From Setoptus koraiensis (taxonomy: Eukaryota > Animalia > Arthropoda), in contig CM106586.1 of assembly GCA_048013815.1 (NCBI GenBank), forward strand, positions 2,914,001-2,978,000: a DNA stretch of 64,000 nt, written 5' to 3'. The stretch's first letter is position 1. Every line of letters begins with the position of its first letter. Below the pieces are notes generated by a model. It had not been told where the DNA came from. It was given only the letters and a program-made list of their open reading frames with translations, and ran no database searches. The position numbers and the translations under genes were made by a program. Below are positions 44,301 to 54,009 of this stretch, in pieces.

Positions 44301-46591
44301 ATTGTTTACATTGTTGGGCTTGTTGCGGCCAGCTGGCGTGCTGGCCGGCCCGACGAGCGCGCCAACTGGCCAATGGGCATTCGCGGAATGATGGGCCGGC
44401 CGCGGGCAGCGGCCCGAGCACAAGCCGCTGGAATGGCGGCCCTTTCCTGTCGCACTTGCCGCCTGACAGTTACTAGCGCCAATGATGTCATCACTTTTTA
44501 AAGTTATTTAATGTCCGGCGAGTTTATTTTTCTGCCGTTTCTGCGTTTGTGCGCTCGCTTGCCCGCCGTCGGCCCGCTCGCCCGTCGCCGCTCCGTTTGG
44601 CCGTCGTTGCGCCGTTGGCGGCGCGACGGTCATCGCATAGTTGCAGCGACAACAGCGCCAACAACGGCGACAACGGCGACAACGGCGACAATGGCGCCCA
44701 CATTGAGTGCCCGGCGTGAAGCCGACACAACATGCGTGTGAATTTGCCCGATAATGGGCCGGATAATTTGCACACGAATGGCCATTGGACGGCGCCCGCT
44801 CCGCTGTTATGCGGCGGCGGCCGGCGCAAAGTTTGATTGCGATCTCGGTCAGTGTCGCGGCTCGGGTAACGGTCCGGCGTGTCTGTTTTTCATCTATTTT
44901 CTCTAATCGCCTATTATGTAACCATTCGAAGCGTAACACAACAATCAGATTAGATTTAATTAAGATTTCACTGGCCGGCGACAGCCACACTGACCGACAC
45001 ACACACACTGATAATGGCGCATTGGTGTATTAAGCAAATTATCAGACATATAAACAGCGCCATTACTCTCAATAAAATTATTGCCATTGTCGCTGTCGTC
45101 GCCGTTGTCGCTGTTGTCGCTGTTGTTGTTGTCGCTGTTGTTGTCGCTGTTGTTGTCGAATTGTAAATTTCACCGCTGCATTCCAGCAATGAAGTTTGCA
45201 ATTCAACGGCCGCAGTGGCGACAATTGCCGACTGACCAGCTCAATCTACGATGCAGATTGTCAGCCCTTGTGACAGTGGCCAGCGTAGACAATCGTGGAC
45301 ACTCCATGCTCTAATGGGCTCCGCGCCATTGCTGCTGGTCTCGTTGGTTTAGTCGTCAGCCGGCCAATGTGTCACACACCGATGACTCGGCGCAACTATT
45401 AGTCATGTTTATCGCCGAAAACGTCACTGCGTCTGTCCATTTGCACACTTTGAGACACATTGAGACACATCGAGACACAACGAGACACATTGCGACACAT
45501 TGCGACACCATGAGCGAGCAATGGCGACAAACTTGTTGTTGTTGTTCGCGCCGATGATACTCTTACTTAATATTTACTCGACAACTGCAACTAAACGCCA
45601 CTGTCCACCGTCGCGCTCAACACCGACAACTGCAACGGCCAAACGGTCAAACGGAAGTGGGCGGCCTAGGCGGCCGGGCCGTTGGAGCGGCTGACAAGCG
45701 TTGAGTTGTTATTATTATTATTGGGCCATAAAGCGAGCGGCAACAACAACTCGCTGATTTATGGTCTCTTACATCATATATTATCCCTATTCATATGTGA
45801 ATATGAGTCTGGCCGACTGTTTTCTCTGTTTCTTGTGCCGTTGACTTGACATCGAGTGACCAGCAAGCTAGCAATTAAGACGGCCATTGATAATGACCAA
45901 TAATAATAATTAACAACACACAGGTAATCCAAAGGTGACACGAATAACGACAACACAAATACTTGGGCAGTGCGAATGCAAATGTCAACTGCAAATTGTT
46001 GCAATTGCGTAATGGATGGTCATGCTTGCGTCGTATGGACTCACCTTGAGAAAACTGCTGCTCGCCGCCTGTGGGCTGCGTATTATCTTGAGGCGCTGCT
46101 GGCGACAATGCAATCGTCGGACTAAACGTGCCAATTGTCGTCAGCATCAACAGTAGGCACATGCTTAGGTGGCTTGTTTTTTCTGACATAAAACAACTTG
46201 TTCGCTTCGGAGAACGATGAACACAAATAAACTGGTGGTCACAATTCTTGTTTGTTGCCGGCACTCTGCCATTCATGAATATCCGCGGCGCCGTGATATT
46301 CAGGGCCCATAGTTGGCAATTATAAACGGAGTGTCGAGTGACAATTTCACCTGTCGCTGTGTTGACATTGGAACGACATTGGAAACAATTAATTGCACTG
46401 GGCGACCAACAACCACAATGACAACGATGATTCGCTTGTTTGGGGCACTTTTCTTTTCTTCGTTTCTTTCGCATTCTTGCCCACTGCTCGCGCATTATAC
46501 TGGTGGTGGTGGCGGCGCTCGTCGACAACCGACAACAACAATCTGCTGCTAGAATATGTTTTGTGTCGTGTGCGCCGCTTATGCTGGCCAT
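490..46591 (-). CDS. Sidestep/nephrin-family Ig-superfamily transmembrane protein (5 Ig + FN3 + TM + long cytoplasmic tail), multi-exon gene, about 2,340 aa or more
   Basis: Manual splice model: 46045-(46189/46356/46591), 13530-13767, 12012-13297, 11387-11896, 6959-7387, 5273-6784, 3969-4142, 2001-3847, 490-1383. All junctions are GT-AG with matching phases (1,2,1,1,1,1,1,0). Exons 2-9 total 6890 nt; starting at Met 46189 the CDS is 7035 nt = 2344 aa + stop. Domain order and motifs (PCNI..LILWFK..PIYSVDAR; DQGDYTCRVDF; EGNDVYFEC; DYGQLLCWAQN; GYDGG..QTF) match the Sidestep family. Orthology to a specific paralog cannot be assigned. Confidence 0.88.
1829..1834 (-). promoter_or_regulatory. Candidate intronic polyadenylation signal AATAAA
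   Basis: AATAAA on the minus strand 134 nt downstream of the in-frame TAG (1968-1970) reached when the 2000 donor is not used, followed by a U-rich stretch (aatttttcccttct). Confidence 0.35.
2001..3847 (-). CDS. Sidestep-like gene, cytoplasmic low-complexity exon (poly-Q/N/H/S)
   Basis: Part of the 642-codon ORF 1968-3896. Acceptor cgtattag|TG (phase 1) follows a pyrimidine-rich stretch; donor AAT|gtaagt (phase 0). 1847 nt = 2 + 615 codons. Confidence 0.8.
3969..4142 (-). CDS. Sidestep-like gene, transmembrane exon
   Basis: Encodes WSPFIAIIMLTLGSFLLLGLLGYVTI followed by K. The only AG acceptor after two in-frame stops is tgatag|AT (phase 1, weak pyrimidine tract). Donor AAAC|gtaagc is phase 1. 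174 nt. Confidence 0.75.
5273..6784 (-). CDS. Sidestep-like gene, exon encoding Ig4, Ig5 and FN3
   Basis: Acceptor ccccgcag|AC (Y-VPQVHLALG...EGNDVYFECTIKAHP...GRYTCSAINSLGEG), Ig5 (VLCQVDADP...DYGQLLCWAQNSIG), FN3 (PDPVRDC...GYDGGVDQTF...LRPLTDYFLSVYSVNSRG). Donor GCGG|gtaagc. 1512 nt, phase 1-1. Confidence 0.93.
6798..6881. repeat. Intronic AT-rich minisatellite, 21-bp unit x4
   Basis: TAATATTTGATATAAATTGGT at 6819 and 6840, with variants at 6798 and 6861, inside the 174-nt intron 6785-6958. Confidence 0.95.
6959..7387 (-). CDS. Sidestep-like gene, Ig3 exon
   Basis: Acceptor gacgcgcag|TT (F-PPLRVEI...DIVCRAYGSRPAATITW...LVCRAEN...WKLEVQ). Donor CAAT|gtaagt. 429 nt, phase 1-1. Confidence 0.93.
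7458..7509. repeat. 17-18-bp tandem repeat x3
   Basis: AAAAA(A)GCG(G/T)GGGGACAG repeated three times. Confidence 0.9.
7946..7996. repeat. 23-bp tandem duplication
   Basis: TGGCCGCGAGAAGTATGAA(A/C)AGT x2 plus TGGCC. Confidence 0.9.
11387..11896 (-). CDS. Sidestep-like gene, Ig2 exon
   Basis: Acceptor aacgcag|TG completes the family-typical ...KMI-V-PP. Encodes VGPYNENEQVILICESQGGQPLPQITWWRD...NYSCRASNN. Donor AACT|gtaagt. 510 nt, phase 1-1. Confidence 0.93.
12012..13297 (-). CDS. Sidestep-like gene, second half of Ig1 (V-set) with a 360-aa low-complexity insertion
   Basis: Acceptor ttgcttag|C completes PIYS-VDAR. The exon ends LQIDTLIKEDQGDYTCRVDFRKSKSRNSVTSLKMI with donor ATAG|gtgagt. 1286 nt, open frame throughout. 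Confidence 0.88.
13530..13767 (-). CDS. Sidestep-like gene, first half of Ig1 (not in the supplied ORF track)
   Basis: Acceptor tttcattag|CT. Translates ...HTMEGVVGNKLIIPCNISPPTSDDAISLILWFKDESTVPIY(S). Donor ACAG|gtgagt. 238 nt, phase 1-2. Confidence 0.92.
19922..19960. repeat. 17-bp tandem duplication
   Basis: GCGACTCGCCGAGTGTT x2 plus GCGAC. Confidence 0.9.
23176..23236. repeat. Mixed (CAG/CAA)n microsatellite
   Basis: Read directly from the sequence. Confidence 0.9.
24532..24595. repeat. 32-bp imperfect tandem duplication (plus a degenerate upstream copy)
   Basis: CCGAC(T/C)GATTGCGCAA(C/T)ACCG(C/T)TCGATTTG.. x2. Confidence 0.85.
25022..25052. repeat. (CA)n microsatellite
   Basis: Read directly. 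Similar CA/TG tracts at about 4884-4905, 8454-8476, 16180-16200, 16918-16938, 29906-29939 and 57888-57930. Confidence 0.95.
27933..27997. repeat. 14-bp tandem repeat x4 decaying into (AAG)n
   Basis: T(A/G)AGAAGAATCCGC at 27933, 27947, 27961 and 27975. Confidence 0.95.
31490..31610. repeat. Long (GTT)n microsatellite
   Basis: About 25 uninterrupted GTT units (about 31519-31594) with GTC/GCT-interrupted flanks. Confidence 0.97.
32322..32445. repeat. Degenerate (CAA/CAG/CGG/CGA)n trinucleotide repeat
   Basis: Read directly. Similar degenerate tracts at about 43105-43155, 45085-45160 and 47020-47125. Confidence 0.85.
36121..36240. repeat. 10-bp-period array with 20-bp higher-order unit
   Basis: Twelve decamers with core (G)CGAA. 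The 20-mer GGCGAATATCCGCGAACGCA recurs in the 3' half. Confidence 0.95.
37176..37249. repeat. 32-bp tandem duplication
   Basis: CTCGGGCCGTTGTCAGGCGAAT(G/A)TCGGGC(T/C)GG x2 with partial flanking copies. Confidence 0.9.
37654..37692. repeat. 13-bp tandem repeat x3
   Basis: GCTCGACGATTG(A/C) x3. Confidence 0.92.
39121..39171. repeat. 16-bp tandem repeat x3
   Basis: CGTC(A/G)CTCGGGTTGCG x3. Confidence 0.92.
39425..39490. repeat. 13-bp tandem repeat x5
   Basis: G(C/A)GACGTTCGAGG x5, with one extra C. Confidence 0.92.
40785..40854. repeat. 35-bp imperfect tandem duplication
   Basis: AAAC(A/G)AGCGCCCACTGG(T/C)C(A/G)TCTTTTCTGGC(G/A)GC(G/A) x2. Confidence 0.9.
45451..45510. repeat. 10-bp tandem repeat x6
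   Basis: (T/C)G(A/C)GACACA(T/A) decamers. Confidence 0.92.
46045..46591 (-). CDS. Candidate signal-peptide exon of the sidestep-like gene
   Basis: The ORF from ATG 46591 contains MSEKTSHLSMCLLLMLTTIGTFSPTIALS-PAAPQD (hydrophobic core, small residues at the putative cleavage site), then a perfect phase-1 donor CAAG|gtgagt at 46045/46044 that joins exon 13767 in frame. An internal phase-1 acceptor (caacacag|CG, 46356) is also present. Confidence 0.55.
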
Positions 46592-46674
46592 ATTGCACGG
46601 GCGCGTTGCTTCTTGTGGCAGCCCAATTGATCAATTAACTCAACTTAATTAATTAGTGATTCACTGATTGATTT

Positions 46675-46718
46675 GATTGATGAATGTCATTTGATTGATT
46701 GATGAATGTCATTTGATT
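46675..46718. repeat. 22-bp tandem duplication just upstream of the candidate signal exon
   Basis: GATTGATGAATGTCATTTGATT x2. Confidence 0.9.
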
Positions 46719-47859
46719 GATTGCTGGTCTATTGGTTATGCTAACTAGCTCGCTTGCGGTAGCGATTTCTTTTAGATTTCGGCTTCGGGGATTAACTGTG
46801 TGCAGCAACTATTGACAACTGTGATTACATGACTCAACGGTGACGTAACTCGCGCTGCGCTGGCCAACCTTCACATTGGACACTCTGTTACCTGTGCAAG
46901 CGCCCAGCACGTTCCGTGGCCGCCTGGCATGATTTCTATTTCGACACAGATGCTGCTTGTCGTCATTCTCTGGGCCCCATTTTCGCTCTCTCTCTACTGG
47001 AAAATTTAATGTTGTTATTGCTTTTGTCGTTGCTGATGCTGCTGTTGTCGTTGTCGCTCGTGTCGTTGTTGTCGCTTGTGTCGTTGTTGTCGCTTGTGCT
47101 GTTGCTGTTGTTGTTGTTGTCGGCGCTGCTGCATTGTTGCAATTGATACAAGTTTGCGTTTGTTTGTTCCATCGTTGCTGGCAGCCATTGATTTGAATGG
47201 CAAACGACCGCATGCGCATGCGTCACCGCTCCAAGCGTGCGGTGGCGCCATCTGCGCGCGCGACTCGCAAACAGTCCGGCGAGGTTTGGATGTATTGGTG
47301 AGATATTCGCGAAATATTCACCAAATACTCACCAAATATTCACAAAATATCCGTCGCATACGTTTCAACGGATATTTTGTGATGTCTTGCGATGTTTTGT
47401 GATGCCTTGTGATGGCAACAATCCATTTGGGCGGCCGTCGAAGCCGCTGCGAACAAGATGATTGTTTTGCGCCAGTCGATTCGCGTCGAAGATGTCCCAT
47501 CGACCGCTCACCAGCAGCCGGTGGCCGACAGTTTCCAGTTTCCAGTTGCCGGTCGCTAGTTGTGGCAGCGGTGAGCGGGCAGTGGCCAGTGGGTGACACA
47601 AAATGCTCGAAATGCCGAAGCGATCGTCGGTTTCCTTGTTTTCGGCTCGATACCGCAATAATTCTGCAATGGCCACAGGTAAGTGTGACGCTGCGATCGG
47701 TGATCGGTGATCGGTGATATCATCATGATACGTCGTGTATCATCATGTTATGTCATGTATCAGCATGATATATGTGTGTGAAAGACGAGACGCGTTCTCA
47801 GGGATGGTGACTCTCCGCTCGACTGTTGGGCCGGCGAGCGAGCCAAAAGAGGCAAAGGG

Positions 47860-47923
47860 GGCACAGTGGCACAGTGGCAGAGTGGCAGAGCGGCAGAGCG
47901 GCAGAACGGCAGAGCGGCAAAGG
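47860..47923. repeat. 8-bp tandem repeat x8
   Basis: GGCA(C/G)AG(T/C) octamers. Confidence 0.9.
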
Positions 47924-50117
47924 ATGCCGAGGAAGCGAAAGAAGCGAGAGAAGAGAACGAAGCGAAAGAGGCAAAATTGGAACGAACGATGCGGCGTCGT
48001 CGAAGCCAGCACTCAATCCATTCGAGACGACATTCGCAGCAGCCAGTCATAATGCAGTGATGTGACGGGCAGCAGAATCGTCGTCATTTCTTGCCGTTCG
48101 TTTGCCCGTTGCCAGTCGCCGTTGCACTCAGTCCCGTACGCATTCGGGATTGAGCGTGCCCAAAGAAGGACAGAAGGCGCCTGACACTCTCCCAATGGCG
48201 AACGCGGAACGGGCACACCGGGCAGAATGGGCGGAATAGGCCAAATAGGGAGACTGTCGGCCAACGGGCAGACCGTCGACTGGGCTGTCGAGAAGCAGCG
48301 ACTGTCGAGAAGCAGAGACTGTCGAAAGAGTGGCCAGAGCACACAAAGCCGCGGCCGAAGAAGCCCAATGGGGCTTCGCCGTCGTTTGCATTGTATCGTT
48401 GGCGCGCCGGCCGTGGTTATATATGGTTGTGTATGGTTGTCAGCATATTATGGTGGCCACTTGTTGGCATTCGAGCGCGTGGGCTCGTCGCAGCGGCCGT
48501 CTCGTTGGCCGGTGTGTCGAGCGATGCAGAACGACGTGAGCCGGCCAGCCAGCGACAATCAGCGACACTCAGCCAACAATCGAGCAATAATAGATGGATA
48601 GAAACAACGGCAACAGGTGAATGTCATGCGACGCGCCTGAATGGTCGCCTATGGGCCGCGCTCGCAAGCAGCGGCGCTCACTCGCAAGCGGCGGCGGTCA
48701 GTCGCAGGTTTGAATTGTCGACAACGTTGCAGCAAACATGCAAGCAAGTGTTTGTGATTGATGATATTCCTCGTCCCATTGCAGATGGTGTAATTATTAA
48801 AACACGGCAACACAACAAGTGACGCGGCCAACAACAAGTGAGACGGGCAACAACAAGTGAGACTGACGGCAACAAAAGTGGAGAAAAGTTGAGAATTTTC
48901 TCGCTGTGCCGCTCGCAATATCCGACTGACCAAACTGACCACTGACACACACCTAACACGCCAGCCAGTGTGTGGCTGTTCAAAGTGGTGCCATTGCGCT
49001 GCTATTTTGATTTAAATCTGAAATTTAAATGGATAATCGCTTGCGTGGCTCCAAAATGGACGCTCAACAATGTGCGCTGTACGCCGCCTGTCGGCAGCCA
49101 TTTGATTGGATGATTGACCGGCTAGCCATTTATCATCGTCGTCGTCGTCGTCGTCGTCTATTAAATATTGACCATGGACGAGCAGAGATGCGCCACCAGT
49201 GTGAGCGGTGCCGGCACGACCGCTGTCGGCCGCTGGCAAGCGAGCGCCGTCGGGCCGGCCGTTGCGCAGCACCCAACAACCAGCAACAGCCGACATGACG
49301 GGTGTTGCGCAACACCCTGCGACCAAGCGCGACAGGTGCATGCCAGCAAAGCAAACAATGGCGCTCGCAATGTTGGCCCAACGGACGTATCGCAATATTG
49401 GCATTTCCATCCATCGGCCAGACAGACACAACGCAACGCTGCTCACTTACAATTTGTGAGTTACAATGCCGGCAATAATTTAAAGTTTACAGGTGAGTGC
49501 GTGCGTTTTGTTTCGAGCCGAGCTCGGCCCCAATTGAGCGCCGCCGCCGCCACATTGTTTAACGGCCGCACAATCGAGCCACCGACCCGTCGGCCGGCAC
49601 CTGTCGTTGGCGGCGCAATCGCCGTCGAATACACGGTGCCGGCCGACGATCACAACAACGTCAACAGCGATTCTCGCCACGTATCGCCGTCATCGCGCCA
49701 TCATTGTCGTCGTTCAGGCCGGCGCTGCGTGGGGCGTTGGCGCGCTCGGTCGCGGGCCAAAGTGAAACCGACCAACGGGTCGCAAGTTGAATTATATGGA
49801 CTCATCACGAGCGCACCATCGTGCGGCCATCGCTGGCAATTTGCGACTCGCTAATGACATTTTCGGGCTTCTTGCCCGGCGCGTCTCTCCGCGCGCCCGA
49901 TCATTAGCGCCGACCACCGGGCTCGCTGCGCCGTTCGCACCTCTGTCTGGGGTCACGTTTGGTTACCACTTTGATGCTGCAAGGCGCCAGTTGCGCCACT
50001 CCGCGGCGAGCCAAGCGGAGGCGAGCCACAACGACAGTTCTTGCGGCACAAGAGCGGCCCGCCGTTCGGGCGACAGCGCGATTGAGCGTGTACCGGCGCG
50101 CTCACCTGACCGGTGAC

Positions 50118-50168
50118 TCACAAGTTGCGAGTCACAAGTTGCGAGTCACAAGTTGCGAGTCACAAGTT
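50118..50168. repeat. 14-bp tandem repeat x3.6
   Basis: TCACAAGTTGCGAG x3 plus a partial copy. A second 14-mer array (TCTCAATTCGAGAG x2.5) lies at 50273-50307. Confidence 0.93.
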
Positions 50169-50627
50169 TTGAGCGAAATGGCTCGAGATCCGACCGCCAG
50201 AGCGGGCAAACGGCCCATGCGAACTGTCGGCCGCAACTGTCGCGTAGATGTTGCATAACTATTCGCGCGCGCTCTCAATTCGAGAGTCTCAATTCGAGAG
50301 TCTCAATGTTTGTCGGTCGGCCCAGAGGTCGGCCGGCCGAAGTTGCGGGTCACGGCAGCAAAAGTGCAATAAAACATTGCTGCGTCTCACTTTCTTTCTG
50401 CGCTCCATCGAGTCGCTGTCCGTGTCTTGTGAGTCGCAAGCGGCGCCGCTCACCTGAGCAACTCTCGCCAGTGCAGTCAACTCCGGCCACTCGTTATCCG
50501 GCCCATGCAACAGCATGATTTAATGCGCTTGCCTCGGCGCAACCAACAACGACAGCGCCGGCAAGAGATCATTGTTAGTTGTTTGCAGTTGTAATGTGTC
50601 CGTTTTGTCTCATCGCGTTCGCTAATT

Positions 50628-50687
50628 CATTTTGCTGGCTGCTATTGCATTTTGCTGGCTGCCATTTCATTTTGCTGGCTGCTATTT
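50628..50687. repeat. 20-bp tandem repeat x3
   Basis: CATTTTGCTGGCTGC(T/C)ATT(G/T) x3. Confidence 0.92.
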
Positions 50688-51202
50688 CATTTTTGTTGCA
50701 GCGGCAGCCATTGGACCATTGCGCCATTGCGCCATTGCGCCTTCGGAGAACGGACCATCGAGAACATGACAGCTCTCGGTTGAGTGTGCTGATGAACTTC
50801 ATGCCAGCGCTCGGTTTCCCACGATCTTTTGTTTCATGATTGAATTTCGTCGTTGCTCGCAGTTGCCAGCAGCGCCGCCACCGTCCGATGCACCTGTTGC
50901 CAGACCGCTGGAGCTGCCATTGCGCAAGCCATCAAGCCAGCGGCGTGATTGTGACGACTGCAACGGTCTGAAATGAGCGTTTCGCCGAAACAAACTCTAG
51001 CCAGCTCCAGTCACTAAACTCAAATTGACCAGTAATTGAATCATCATGCGGACAGCAACAACAACAACAACAGCGACAGCAACAACGACAACAACAGCCA
51101 CTCGACTGGTCGCCATCCGAGAAGGTAAGCGACTGCTAAATCGTTTATGATATCGTTGTGTCGCTGCTGCCGCTGGCCCATTATTGCCCGCCGTTGGCTT
51201 AC

Positions 51203-51247
51203 CATGGCCCAATGTAACATGGCCCAATGTAACATGGCCCAATGTAA
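51203..51247. repeat. Perfect 15-bp tandem repeat x3
   Basis: CATGGCCCAATGTAA x3. Confidence 0.97.
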
Positions 51248-53439
51248 ATAACCGTTAGCTGGCCGAAAGTAAACACGCCAACAGCAACTACAATATCAAT
51301 CTGAGACAAATCTCAGTCTGTGTGTGTGCGCTCTGTCTACGCTCTGATATATAATGAATGAACGATAAATAATAATAAAAACAAATAACGGACTGGCCAC
51401 AATGAAGGCTGCCTCACCTGTCCATTGTTCTTTGTTGCTGGTTTGGTCTCGTTGTCGTTGTCGTTGTCGTCGTCGTCGTCTCATCGCAATGCGGCCACTC
51501 AACAGTGACAACCGAACAACGACAGCCACAACTGCAGCAACATGACACACACATTAGTGAGCATCAGACATTAGAGACCAGAATTAGAGCAGTTTGGTGG
51601 TGTGTGTGTGTGTGCTTGTAAGCCGCAACAATAATTATTATGTAACAATCCATTGTGATATTCCATTATTCTTCCCACTGGCACAACTGGCCGCTCCAGT
51701 CCGCTCGCTCATGGTCGCGCTCATCCAGCCAACCAGCCAGCTAGCCAACCAGCCAACTAGCCAACTAGCCAACTAGCCAACCAGCCAATGTGGCTTGCAA
51801 ACAAGCAAACAAGCAACCGAGCAGCCAGCAAACAAACAAACATACGGGCCACCAAACGGACAAACAACAAATGTGTCGCAAACAAAGACTAGCCAAACGT
51901 CGATCGGCGCCGGCCTCTTCTTCTGGCCGCTAATAGTTTTGCAGCAGCGCCAGTCGCTTGCTTGCGCACAAGTCTCTTCACCTGTTCGCCAGTTCACCTG
52001 TTGTGCTTTGGAGGCGCCAACTTGTTTGACGCTGCTGTGCTGTCGCTAATGCCGACCATTACGATCATCACCGAAACCAGATTTGTGACTGTCGTTGTTG
52101 ATGACGCTGTTGTTGCCGTTGTTGTTGTTGCAGGACGCAAATTGCTGTTGTTTGTGGTCAAAATTTGCAACACACACACACACACACACAGGTAACCAAC
52201 ACCATTTTGTAGCAACTAGTACCAATTACGTAATATATCCAACAACGACAGCGGACAAACAAGTCTGTCGTCGTCGTCGTCGTCGTCGTGGTTGTGTGTT
52301 TAGTGAGAGACATTTAGCTGCGCTGCCGAGTTATTAGCATGTCGCATGTCCGACCAACTGAGCGCCTTGTACGCTCGCCTAGCCCGACCCAGCCACACGC
52401 AGCCAACCGGAAGCGGTGTGGTGGCTTTGGTGATGTATGCTCCGCAACAACAGCAACTTTTATGCATGGCCAGTTAATGGCATGGCTTTGTTGCAATGCC
52501 ACTGCACGGCGCACTCACTCACGCCCATCCTGGGCCTCACACACAAGCCACAGAGTGACCACCGCTGCTAATGATGACCACCACTTCCGTTTATTGTGGC
52601 AAAGGTCGCACCCACGCGACACAACAACAACGACAACAACAGCGTCAGCAACAATGGCCCTGTTGCACGCACCGACTTGAAGCCGCCGATGCGTTCTTTG
52701 GTTTTGCGGGCCGTACAAGTTTCAGTTTTCAATTGACAGCGGACATACGTCAGTCGGTCGGTCGGTCGGTCGGTCTGTCGGTCGGCCGCTGGTCAAGTTG
52801 AACCGCCGCGCCGCATGCAGGCAAAACGGAAAACACCATTAATTGGCGCTGAATGTCGTCGCAGTTGCGCAACAAACATACACTCCAACAACAATAATGG
52901 CGTCGCAGTGGTATCGTTGGCGAGATTGTTGCGAAACAGCGAGAGTGTCGCATATAATAAACATATGATTTATTGTCACTGGTAACTTGATTAGTCCATC
53001 GGCCGGCACGCAACAGCCAACAAATAAACACTGTAGCTGCTCAGTAGTGTAAATACCATTTACAATTGCAATCAATCGGGACGAGTTTGCTGTCTGTGTG
53101 TACACATCGAGCAAACAATCTCCTCGGATTGGGATCTCTTTCGGGGCACGACAATGCTGCGGCGACAAACAATTGCCACCACTCTCAAATGTTCACTCAA
53201 ATGTCGCACTCATGGCGCGCTTTGCATCGTCGGGGCTCGCGATGCCGGTCACTCGTGATTGATTCCGATTGCGACTCTGTCCATCGGTCTGATAGCAGCC
53301 ACACACAAATCCGGCGAACGAACAATCCGGAAACAAATAGTGGAATGGCAATGTGAACTCGATGGCGAGAAGTCGCAAAGTGACAACAGCCACTAACAAT
53401 CTGGCAACTCAACTGCAGTCCGTGCCGCTAATGGCGCCC

Positions 53440-53447
53440 TATCGATA
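53440..53447. promoter_or_regulatory. DRE-like palindrome TATCGATA
   Basis: Exact match to the Drosophila DRE at the GC-to-AT compositional boundary. About one match per 64 kb is expected by chance. Confidence 0.12.
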
Positions 53448-53909
53448 TACAGCCAGATAAGATCAAGTGTCCACCTGAATGCATACAGTGTATATATAGA
53501 TAGAGGCATTGGCAGGAATTCCCCCCCAACTGAATAGAGGCTCATAAATCATTCTTTTGGAAGCATCTGCATCGCCAATTCTGTCCACAACCGAAATGGC
53601 TAAATGGCCAACAGCTATCAGTGGTAAACACAATTTACATTTTACGAGTGAGACAACGAGTGCCTGGCAAAATTGAATCTCCCCCATAAACGATGCCACA
53701 CTGCAAATTGAGTTATCACTATTGCTAGCTATGGCACTTCACATCACAAGTGCTAATGGACACACACACACACACAATAACACAGCCGTGTATTACATAA
53801 GTGGCCAACATTGCGACTTGCAAAATTTCATGCTCGCTTACGTAATCTCGATGATTAATAATCGATGATAAGAGCAGAGTGGTGCGGCAATAGGCACAAC
53901 GCCACTTAC

Positions 53910-54009
53910 CAGTAATAATACCGTGCCAACTAACATTATATACAATGTTCGTCAAGTGTAAGTCGTCTGTAAGTGTATTTATCAGGAGTAAACGTGACGA
54001 CACGACCAT
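53910..54009 (-). CDS. Possible further upstream exon of the sidestep-like gene (MVVSSRLLLINTL...HGIIT)
   Basis: ATG 54009 in an open frame ending at a perfect phase-1 donor ACTG|gtaagt (53910/53909), in frame with the acceptor at 46356. No homology support, and it could be a UTR exon. Confidence 0.25.

Noticed and set aside
34863-49498. Plus-strand consensus donors AGGTRAGT (34863, 47677, 49491) suggesting an antisense spliced RNA
   Set aside because: About 2 are expected per strand by chance in 64 kb, and no matching exons could be built.
49168-49854. 228-aa plus-strand ORF with internal donor-like sites
   Set aside because: No recognisable domain, and its composition matches the surrounding intron.
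27933-51247. Short direct-repeat arrays as possible CRISPR-like loci
   Set aside because: Units are directly adjacent with no unique spacers, there are no cas genes, and the context is eukaryotic.
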